Shown here piece by piece: positions 10,201 through 22,200 of a DNA stretch of 37,459 nt. Every line of letters begins with the position of its first letter. Position 1 is the first letter of the stretch. The notes under the pieces were generated by a model, which worked only from the letters and a program-made list of their open reading frames with translations, did not search any database and was not told the origin of the DNA. The stretch lies in contig JBFMDG010000002.1 in assembly GCA_040754135.1 (NCBI GenBank), positions 1 through 37,459 on the forward strand, written 5' to 3'. The translations under genes were made by a program, and so were the position numbers. This DNA comes from Verrucomicrobiota bacterium. Lineage in GTDB: Bacteria; Verrucomicrobiota; Verrucomicrobiia; Limisphaerales; SIBE01.

Positions 10201-13200
10201 GTCCTCGATTTCGACAGCGAGCTTCTGCAAGTGATCGTGGGTCAAGCCACGCTGCAGATTTCGGAATTCATTTTTGTTCAAGGCAGCTTCGCGTTCGAAC
10301 AGGGACGGTCGGCCACGGTGACCTTGGCTGATGGCACAACCAAGGAAGTGGATGCGGTTACGATCGGCGCGTCCGACGTGAATGTTTTCGCCGGACTCGG
10401 CGGACCGTATTTCGAAGATGTGGATGGTGACGGCGATGGGCGCAACGACGGTGCGATCGGGCTGGCGTTCGAGAATGTGGACGTCGGAATCGCTCTGTTC
10501 GAAGGCGCGGCGCTGACAGACTTCACCAAATACGTGGCTTTGAAGGTCGAGGCGGACAGCGCTGGCTTTGTTGGCATGGGCGACATCATCGAGCTCAACG
10601 CCCGCGATATCACCATCGGCTACAACACGGTCACCGATCCGTTCGACACGGTTTTCGATCCGGCAGAACCGATTGATTTCAGCGCGATGACCGGCGGCGG
10701 ATTTGCGGTTCCCACAGGCGGCGATCCGGTCGTGCTCGATTTCGACAGCGAGTTGCTCCAGGTGATCGTTGGCCAGGCCACGCTGAAAATTTCCCAGTTC
10801 ATTTTCATCCAAGGCAGCTTTGCCTTCGAGCAAGGCCGCACCACAACGGTCACCCTCGCCGATAGCACAACCAAGGAAGTCGATGTCATCACCATCGGCG
10901 CGTCCAACGTAAATGTGTTCGCCGGGGTAGGCGGACCGTACTTCGAAGACGTGGATGGCGACGGCGACGGCCGCAACGATGGCTCGATCGGGCTGGCTTT
11001 GGAAAATGTGGACGTCGGCATCGGGCTTTTTGAAGGCGCCGATCTGTTTGATTTCACCAAATACGTCGCGGTGAAAGTCGAAGCCGACAGCGCCGGGCTG
11101 GTCGGTATGGGCGACATTCTCGAATTGAGCGCGCAGGATATCCGCGTCGGTTACAATTCGGTGGACGATCCTTTCGACTTGCCTACCGATCCCGCGGAGC
11201 CGATCGATTTCAGCGCGATGACTGGCGGCGGATTTGCGGTTCCCACCGGCGGCGATCCGGTCGTGCTCGACTACGACAGCGAACTCATCCAGGTGATCCT
11301 CGGGCAGGCAACGCTCAAGATTTCGGACTTCATCTTCGTGGAAGGCAGTTTCGCCTTCGAGAAAGGCCGATCGACGGAAGTCACGCTGGCGGACGGCGAG
11401 ACCAAGGAAGTCGATGTCATGACCATCGGCGCCTCGAACGTCAATGTCTTCGCCGGCATCGGCGGATCATATTTCGACGATCTCGATGGCAATGGTGACG
11501 GTTACAACGCCAATGCGATCGGCCTCGTCCTCGAGAATGTGGACGTCGGCGTCGTCATGATGGAAGGGGCGGCGCTGACCGATTTTGCCAAATACATGGC
11601 GTTGAAGGTCGAGGCGGAAAGCGCGGGACTGGTTGGCCTGGGTGATGTGCTCGAACTCCGCATCCGCGACATCACCGTCGGCTACAACTCGGTCGATGAT
11701 CCGATCGCCACACCGTTCAATCCTGCGGAACCGATCGATTTCAGTGCGATGCCAGACGGCGGCTTTGAAGTTCCGACGGGTGGTGACCCGGTCGTGCTCG
11801 ATTTCGACAGCGAACTGCTGCAAGTCATCATTGGCGATGCTTACCTGAAGATTTCCGACTTCATCCAAATCCGCGGATCCTTTGCCTTCGAGAAAGGCCG
11901 CACTCTCAGCGCTACGCTTTCCGGCCCCGATCCGCTCACCTTTTTCACGCAAACCAAAGAGCTCGAGCAAATGACGATCGGCGCCTCGAACGTCAACGTC
12001 TTCGTCGGTCTCGGACCTTACTGGCTGGATGCCGATGGCGATGGGCAATTTGATGCGCAGACAAACGATCGCGCGGTGGGCATTGCCCTCGAAAATGTGA
12101 CATTCGGCCTGGGCATTTATCAGCCGGAACGCAATCCGCTCGTTCCTTCATCGCTGCTCGATTTGTCGAAGTATTACGCCTTCAAAGGTCACGCCGATCG
12201 CGCCGCCATTGTCGGGATTAACGATCCGATCGAAATCGATTTCAAGGACATCACCGTCGCGGCGAACCTGGCGCGCAACAGTCTTGTCGATAGCATTCCG
12301 GGCGGCTCGCTCATCGTGTTACCGGCGATCGATTTCACGGAGCTCGAGGGCGGCGGCTACGAAGTGCTCACCGGCGGAGAGCCAGTCTTCTTCGATTTCA
12401 ACGGCCCGCGCCTGCAAGCGGTCATCGGCGACGCCACCATCCGGATTTCCGAGTTCGTGCACTTGCACGGCAGTCTGGCGCTCGAAGCGGGCGATGTGCA
12501 GCACGTTGAACTCAGTTCACCCGATCTCGTATTCGGCAGCGAAAAGGATGTCCGCATTCTCACGCTCGGCGGTTACAACATCCAGGCCTTTGTCGGCATC
12601 AATGGACCCTATCGCACCGACGTCAATGGCGATGGCCTGATCAACAACGCCGATCCCGCCAATACCAGCGCTGTCGGGCTGGTGCTCGACGATGTGAGTT
12701 TCGCCATGGCGATCCTGAAGCCAACGTCTCTCATCGATCCCGCGCAATATTTTGCGCTCAAGGCGACGGCGAACCAGATCGGCTTTGTCGGCATTGACGC
12801 TTTCGAAATCTCCGGACGCGAATTGGTCATCGAAGTGAACAATGTTCAAAGCTCGATTGGCAACCCGCTCGACATGCCGGTGGTGGATTTCGCGGCGAGC
12901 TTTCCGGACAGCGGCGGTTATGAAGTGCGGACCGGCGCCAAACGCACCGATCCGGACACTGGCGAGCTGGTCGATATCACCATTCCGTTGACGATGTCGT
13001 CGCGGTTGATCCATGCCCAGGCCGCGGTCCTGAATGTGAACATTGGCGGAGTGGTTGCGTTGACCGGCGGTTTCGATTTCAGCCTCGGCGCCACCAATGA
13101 CGTCACGTTAACCAATGGTCTGACCAAACGCGTCACGACCATGACCGTCGGCGCCACAAATGTTTACGGGTTTGTAGGAATCAATGGCCCGTATTGGCGC

Positions 13201-16200
13201 GACAGCAACAACGACGGCCAGATTATCACCGATCCCAATGCGGCGAACCACGACACGCCCGATTCGGACGCGATCGGATTATCGCTGGAAGATCTCGATC
13301 TCGGCCTGGCGATCATGGTGCCAACGTTCCCGCTTGATGTGAGCCGGTTTGTGGCGTTGAAGGCGAATGTGGACCGGGTGCAGTTGGTCGGGCTGAACTT
13401 CGTCACGCTGGATATCGAGGACATCCAGCTCGAAGCGAACCTTGGGTATGGCATTTCGGTTGGGGTTGCCGCGGTTGATTTCCCGGCCAGTTTCCCGGCG
13501 GATCCGCAAAACAACAAACCAGACGCGGGCTTGTTCATCGACACCGGCCATGATGGTGTGTTGCTCGATTTCGACGATTTGCTCATCCGGGTGCGACTCG
13601 CTGGTGAACTCACCTTCCGCATTCCCGATGGCGCCGACCTTTTCTCGATCAGTGGAGTTTTCCTGTTCGCCGCCGATACCAGCGGGCTGCAGCTTTTCGC
13701 CGATGGCGGGCTGTCACTGGCAGTGCCTGGAGGTGACGTGCTCAGCCTGGAAACGACCGGTGTCCTTTTCTTGAATGGCGATGGCTTCGCGGCTGATCTG
13801 GATGTGGACCTCTCACTCTCGCCTGGGATCGAGAGCGTCTTCGCTTTGAATGCGGGAGTCAGATTGGTGGTGAACGTGACCGGTCAAACGCAGCGCATTC
13901 AGATCCCGGATAATTACCTGCAGTTTCTTAATGACCAGACGCGAAACCGTTTGATCACTGATTCGGAGGGCTCTTCTTATTATGAAGTGAATCGCGGCCC
14001 GCCCCGTTTTGACGGTTCTTTCGGCTCTTCGGGTCCTTACCTCGTCGTCATTGCCAGCGGCACGATCAGTGTTGGCGGCCCGCTGGCGATCACTGGGTTG
14101 ATGCGGTTCGAAGCCAGTGGCGACTACCTCGAACTTTCCATTGCGGCCTCCCTCACCATAGATCCTGTTGGCTCGGCATCGGTCTTCGGCACATTCAGGA
14201 TCAGCTCCGACGGATTTGTTGCCTCACTCGACGCAGTCTTTGTCCCGGACGCGAATATTGCCTCGAATCTTGGCATCACACTCAGCGCCCAGTTCAAACT
14301 CGAAATCAATACCCGTCCTACAGATGACACCATTGTCAGACCGGTCATCAACAAAGAAACCGGTGCGTTTACCAGCGAGTTTACGAGCGAAATTATCCCG
14401 GCCTTGACCCTCCGCCTTTATGGTGGCGGTGCGCTCCAACTTGTCGGCGCCTTCGACATCGTCGGCCAGTTTGAATTCAGCCTTGGCCCAGGCGGGCTCA
14501 TGCTGGGCATCGACGGGTTCCTCGATGTCACGTTCCTGGGGCAACTTGCACTCTCCGGCGTGCTTGCCATCGGCCAGGACGGCGTGGTCGCGAGCCTCGA
14601 TATCAGTGCGGGGCTCGGTGACGGCTTTGGGGCCGCCGTCGGATTGAAGTTCCAAGGCCGCGTGACGCTGCAGATCAATACCACCGGCTCGACGAAGATT
14701 GTGAGTGACGTCGAAGTCGATCCCGGCGTTTTGTTGTCGATCAGCGGTTCCGTCGATTTCCTCGGATTCGCTTCCGCTTCCGGTCAGATGACGATTGCCT
14801 TCAGCGGATCGGAATTGCGCATGACCATTCGCGCGACGGTGGTGCTCGGGCCAATCGATGTTCAGATCGATGGGTTCGGCATTTTCAACAGCAGCGGCAT
14901 CGTGCTCGATCTTGCGGTCAGCCTTGAAACCAGCGTGCTCGATATTATCGACATCGATGCCAGCGGCCGCATTAAGATCAATACTTCGGATCAGGCGCGG
15001 AATGGAATTGCCGCCAATTCGTTTTACCTGGCGTTGAGCGGCGACCTCAGCATTCTCAAGGTGCTGAATTTCAGCGCGAGCTTCTCGATGATCGTTTTGA
15101 ACTACGCCTGGCGCGTCGATTTCTCCGCCAGCATCAGCTTCTTCGGCATCTTCACTTTGAACGGAAGCGGTTGGTTTGATTCCGACGGCGATTTCGATGT
15201 GCGCCTCTCCGGCAGCGTGGTCATCGGTTCCCGCTCAAACGGTCTCGTGGGCGGCATCAACTTCCATGTCTGGATGAACGAAACGTCGTTCGGCATCAGT
15301 GCCAGCGCCCATATGAGCGCCCGCCTGTTCGGGATCAGCTTCGGCGGTGTCAGCTTTGGATTCACCTTCACCGCCAACCGCGATGCTGGCGGCCGCATCA
15401 AAGTGCGCGCCACAGTCAGTGTTTGTATCGAATTCCTGTTCTGGGAATTCTGCGGCACCGCCAGCTTTACCCTCGGTTACCTGCAATTGCCGAAGCCCGT
15501 TTACCTCGCCGGACTCGAAAACAATCCGGAAGAATGGGTCGGCGCCGACGCCGGTGGCGATGGCGTGCTTTACCTCAACATGGGTTCGCGCGCTTCCTCG
15601 AGAAACATTGCCGAGGATGATCCCGATGAGACCTACGTCATCCAACACGTCGGCGGCAGCTCCGAGTATCCCGAAGGCGAAATTGTCAAAGTGGTCGGCT
15701 TCGGTCGTACGCAACGCTTCACAGGGGTGAAGAAAATCGTCGCCAACGCCGGAGATGGCGATGACCTCATCGTCTTCCAGGAAGGGGTGGACTCGCCGGT
15801 TTCGATCAATGGCGGCTCGGGCAATGACACCATCGTTTACGACGGCGTCGGAGTTTCTGGAGATACTTCGTTCATCTGGGGCGATTCCGGCAACGACACC
15901 ATCACGATTGGCGATGCTTTCCAGGCCTTGGCCATGATTTTTGGCGGCTCGGGCAACGATCTCATCGAAGGCAGCCCGGTAGCTGACATGATTTTCGGCG
16001 ACAGCGGCCATGACCAGCTCATCGGCGGCCGCGGCAACGACACCATTTCCGACAGTGACGGCATGAACGTCATCATTGGCGGCCTCGGGAATGACACGAT
16101 CAACGGCGGCAGCGGTATCGATTTGATCGCCGGCGATGAAGCGAATTTCGATTGGCAGACAGGTGTCGCGCTTTACAGCCTCATCACGAGTTCATCGGGC

Positions 16201-19200
16201 CTGGGTGGAACGGATACGATCAACGGTGGCGACGGCGACGATTTCATCCTCGGCGGTTTCGCTCTCGATACCATCTCTGGTGGCAGCGGACGCGACCTGT
16301 TGATCGGCGACGAAGCTTCGATTGATTTCAACAGCAGCGGTCAATTGGATTTCGTCGCGACCATTGGCGCGAATGGAAGCGGCGAATTGCTTAATGGTGA
16401 CAACGGCGACGACGTACTCGTCGGTGGCGTTGGTTCAGACACACTCAACGGCGGATCGGATCACGATTTGATTCTCGGCGACAATGGTTCGCTTGACTAC
16501 ACCAACGGCGTGCTCGTCTCCGCGACTTCCGAAACCGGCAACGGCGGTGCGCTCGATTTCATCTACGGCGAATCGGGTGATGATCGCATTCTTGCGGGTG
16601 ATGGCGTTGATGTGCTTTGGGCTGGCTCTGGTCATGACATTGTATTTGGCGATAATGGCCGCATCCTGCAAACGGCTTCGGGCGCCCTTGATTTCGCTGA
16701 GAGTTCGACCACGGCGGGCGGCGCGGGTGAAACCCTCAATGGCGAATCCGGCAACGACATTCTCATCGGCGGCGATGGGCTCGATATCCTGAACGGTGGC
16801 GACGATCACGACACCTTGATCAGCGCCGATGCCACGCTTGATTGGAACTCGGGCGTGCTGGCGCGCATCGCCTCGCTTGATTTCGGCAGTGGCCACAACG
16901 AACCGCTCTATGGTCATGCCGGCAATGACATCCTCATCGGCGGCTCCGGTTCCGATACGCTTTACGGATCGACGGGCGATGACGTCCTCTTCGGCGATCA
17001 TGCGGAGTTGATTTACACCAATGGAGCACTCACGACCGCACGCTCGATTTCCACCACGATCGGCGACGTCGATGTTCTCTATGGCGAAGCGGACAACGAC
17101 CGGCTCATCGGTGGCGTGGGCGCGGAAACGATTCTCTTTGGCGCGGATGGCAACGATGTCGTTATCGGCGACAGCGGTGAACTGACTTTTGGCGGCGGGT
17201 TGCTCGTGCGCGCGGCGACTTACGCTCCTGGCGATGGCGCCATCGATCTCTTGAACGGTGACAATGGCGACGATGTGCTGTTTGGCGGGACGGCGGCTGA
17301 CACTCTCTATGGCGCAAGCGGCAATGACGTGCTCATCGGGGATCAAGGCGCGGTCGAGTTCACGAACAATCGCGTCACGCGTGTGACCACCAACGATGGC
17401 GGTGCAAACGAATACGCGGATGATCGACTCGAAACCTCCACTGGAAATAATGTGGCGTTTGGCGGCCTTGGCGCCGATACCATCATCACGCTGGAAGGAA
17501 ATGACGTCATCGCCGGCGATCAGGCCACGCTCGTCCAACTCGAAAGCGGGGTATGGATTGACCTCAGCAGTCATGACTTCGCACGCGGCGGCAACGACAC
17601 CATCCAAAGCGGCACGGGCGATGACACCATCGTGGGCGGTCAGGGGAACGACACCGTTACTGCGGATCTCGGTCATGATGTGATTTTCGGGGATAGCGGA
17701 CAGGTAGTGCGCACCAGCGCGGGGGCACTCGATCTCGTCCTCAGTCTCGGGACCGATCAAGGCGGTGACGACACCGTCTTCGCCAATGCAGGCGATGATC
17801 TGGTGATTGCAGGATTTGCCTCAGACACGGTTTACGGCAGCACCGGAAACGATCGAGCGTTGGGTGACAATGGCCGTGTTGATTTTGCTGACGGCGTGAT
17901 TGTGCAGTTGAACACGATCAGCCCAAGCCACGGCGCGGCGGATACACTGCACGGCGATGAAGATGACGACACACTCGTCGGCGGCACCGCGAGTGATACG
18001 GTTCGCGGGCATACTGGCAACGACCTTCTCGTCGGCGATCAGGTGGTTCTCGACTTCACCACCGGCAATCTGACGCAGGCTTCGACCAATGACGGTGCCG
18101 ATTCCGAATTTGGCGACGATGTTCTCGACGCTGCCAATGGCAGCAATGTCGTTCTCGCCGGACTCGGTTCAGATCAGGTCACCGCACTTGAAGGCGCGGA
18201 TTGGATTGCCGGCGACCAGGCCACGCTCATCCAACTTGTCCATGGCGCGCGCTCGCTCTTCATCAGCCACGACACGGCTCGCGGCGGCTTGGACTCGATC
18301 AACGCCGGCGCAGGGAACGACACCATCATCGCGGGCCAGGGGAGTGATACGGTGAATGGCGAAGATGGTGACGATATACTTATCGGTGACAACGGCCAAA
18401 TCGATTACAACGCGAGCGTCCTGGTGCGAATCCAAACGATCAGTCCGAGCCACGGCGCGAGCGACACACTCAACGGCCATGCCGATAACGACCTCGTTTT
18501 GGGCGGCACTGCTGGCGATACCATCACCACCCACACCGGAAATGACACCGTGATTGGCGATCAGGGAATCGTCAGTTACACCAATGGCAACCGCGTTCAA
18601 ATCACCACCAATGACGGCGCCGACAGCGAGTATGGTGACGACACCATCCACGCGGGCAATGGCGACAATATTGTTTTCGGCGGCCTTGGTTCAGACGACA
18701 TCACCACCCTTGAAGGCGCGGATCTCGTCAGTGGCGATCAAGTGACGCTTGTCCTGCTCGAGAATGGTTTGAAGGACGAATTTTTCAGTCACGACACGGC
18801 TCGCGGTGGCAACGACCTCATTCACAGCGGGGCAGGGGACGATACGATCATTGCCGGTCAGAGCGTGGACACAGTGCACGCTGAACAGCAGAACGACATT
18901 GTCATCGGCGACAATGGCCGCATCGATTACCTCGCCAGCGTTCTCGTGAGAATTCACACGACCAGTCCGAGCGATGGAATGAGCGACACGCTCAACGGGA
19001 ATGAAGACGACGATATCCTCTTTGGCGGCACCACTGGAGACACCATATCGAGTCATACCGGCAACGACATCGTGATCGGTGACCAGGGCGTCATCGATTA
19101 CACCAACGGCAACCTGACGCAGATCACGACCAATGATGGCGTTGATACGGAATTTGGAGATGACGTGATCGATGCGGGCAACGGCAACAACTTCGTGTTC

Positions 19201-22200
19201 GCTGGCCTCGGCTCGGACAGAGTGGACAGTTTTGAAGGTCGCGATGTGATCACGGGCGATCAGGCCACCTTGGTGCAACTGGAAAGCGGCGTCTGGATCA
19301 GCCTCGACAGCCACGACTTCACCCGCGGTGGCAATGACATCATCCGCAGCGGCGCAGGAGATGACCTCATCATCGCCGGTCATGGGCTCGACGACGTGGC
19401 CGCCGAAGCGGACAACGACATGGTCTTCGGCGACAACGGTCAGGTCGTGCGCACCAACGCCGGAGCGCTTGATCTCGCCATCAGCGTCGCCCCGGACCAA
19501 GGCGCGAACGATCTCGTCACGGGCAATGAAGGTGACGATTTGATCATCGCTGGCGCCGCGACCGATACGATTTACGGGAACGCAGGCGACGACACCATCA
19601 TTGGCGACAACGGCCGTGTGGATTACAACTCGAGCGTGTTGGTCCAGATCAACACCATCAACCCGAGCATCGGCGCGGTGGATACGCTCAACGGGAATGA
19701 AGATGACGACATCATTTTCGGCGGCACTGCGGGAGACACCATTTCGAGCCACACCGGCAATGACATCGTCATCGGCGACCAGGGCATCATCGATTACACC
19801 AACGGCAACCTGACGCAGATCACGACCAATGATGGCGTTGATACGGAATTTGGCGTTGACCTGATCGATGCCGGCAATGGCAACAACATTGTGTTCGCCG
19901 GTCTAGGTGGCGACGACGTCACCAGCTTCGAAGGCCAGGATGTGATTGCTGGAGATCAAGCGACGATGGTGGTCCTTGAATCGGGGATTTGGATCAGCGT
20001 GACCACACACGACTTCACGCGCGGTGGAAACGATGTCATTCGCAGCGGTGCTGGCGATGACGTCGTGCTCGCGGGCAACGGCCAGGACGAGGTGATCGCC
20101 GGGGCGGATGACGACATTGTGCTCGGCGACAACGGGCTGATGTTGCGTCACAACAATGGCGCCCGCTCATTCATCACCACCACCAACCCAACACTCGGCA
20201 ATCAGGATCTGATCTTCGGCGATGAGCAGGACGACATCATCTTTGGCGGTACCGCCGAGGATGAAATTTATGGCGGCTCGGAAAACGATCTGATTTTTGG
20301 CGATCACGGCAAAGTCGATTACAGCCTCCCGCCAAATGACAACTTCCATTCCATTGACATGGCGGTTGCCGACTTGGGTGCGGACGATTTCATCCGCGGC
20401 AATTCTGGCGATGACATCATCATTGCCGGTCAAGGTGACGACACGGTTTATGGCGATGCGAATGATGACGACATCATCGGCGGTCACAATGTCGCTGGCG
20501 GCATCGATGAACTCGATCCTGCGGATGCCACGAACGATCGCTTGGATGGCGGGTCGGAAAACGACGTGATCGCGGGGGACAATGCCTGGATCATTCGGCG
20601 CGGCGATGCGGTTAGTCCGCGAGTTCGCCAGCTGGCTGGAACGACTCTTTACAACACCGATGGTTCGGCGGCTGTGACCGGCGCTGCGCAAGCCATTCCC
20701 ACCGGCGCGGCCAGCCGTGACATTCTGTTGCTGGATCATTCCACCTCCGCCACAGCCGATACTTACGGCAACGATTTCATCGCCGGCGGCGCGCATGATG
20801 ATTTAATCTTCGGCCAGCTCGGGCCGGACATTCTCCAGGGCGACAGCACCATCGACCATTCGCTGGCGGCCGGTTCATTGAGTCAAAGCAGCGATGGCGA
20901 CGATTACATCGAAGGCAACGGCGGCGACGATTTAATTTATGGCAACCTCGGTCAGGACGACATTCTCGGCGGCAACTCCGACATGTTTGGCCTCGTCACG
21001 CCGGCGCAACGGCCCGATGGCAGCGACGTGATTTACGGCGGGTCCGCTCTCGACCTGGCGCGCAACACCATGGGCGATCAATCGCCGACGGGCCATGCGC
21101 GCGACGCTGACATGATCCTGGGGGATAACGGGCGCATTTACCGCATCATTGGCAAAGGCAGCGAAGCGGGTTCGTATCGCACGTTCAATTATGATAACTA
21201 CAGCAGCCTGCGCATTATTCCGCGCGCCATTGATCTGCTCGATTACTCAGCCAATGCCGTGGCCAGCGATGACATCGGCGCGGGCGACCTGATTCACGGT
21301 GAGGCCGGCGATGACTGGATTCATGGCGCTAGCGGAAACGACGTGCTCTATGGCGAAGGCCAGGATGACGATATCTTTGGCGAGTCGGGCGACGATTGGA
21401 TTTCAGGCGGCTCGGGCGACGATGGCATTTTGGGCGATGACGGAAAGATCATGACGAGCCGGAACGGGACAGCGGAGCCGCTCTATGGCATCGCCGCCAC
21501 CACGCAGACTTCGATCACTTCGAAGAGCGTTGCCGCCACTTACACGCTCAACGAAACCGGATTGATCAATAAATCGGTCGATCTCGAACCCTTCGACATC
21601 GGCGGCAAGGACATCATCTATGGCGGCCTCGGGAATGATTTCCTCCACGGCGGGTTTGGGGACGACGCGATTTCCGGCGCTGAAGCGTTGCTTGAATTCT
21701 ATGCGAATCCGGCCACCACGCCGGGCATTGTTTACGACCCCGTCACGCGCGAATTCACTGCTTACAACGAAAACGATCCGCTGCGCAAAGTGGCCGGTCA
21801 CGCGCTTAATTTCGAAGCGTTCGTCGGCGATTCGAACAACAAGGTGAACGACGGGCGGGACGCGCTCTTTGGCGATTTGGGCAATGACTGGCTCGTGGGC
21901 GGCACAGAGGCGGATCACCTGTTTGGCGGGCTGGGCGATGATCTGTTGAACTGTGACGACAATCTGGAAACGAACGGCGGAGCGAACAACGCGCCGGATG
22001 CCGGATTGTATGGAGACGCCGATCTCGCTTACGGCGGCGGCGGCATGGATTACCTGCTCGGAAATACCGGCGGCGATCGCATGATCGACAGCCATGGCGA
22101 GTTTAACAATTACTGGGTGCCATTCAGTCCGTATGGCGCGGCGACGATTATTCGCGCATTGAACCCGGACACGCGCGACCTGCTCTACGCCGTCTCGAAG

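Noticed and set aside
8701-11886. 531-bp repeats as CRISPR array or DGR template/variable repeats
   Set aside because: They are in-frame coding repeats without spacers. Differences are not confined to adenines, and no cas or reverse transcriptase gene is present.
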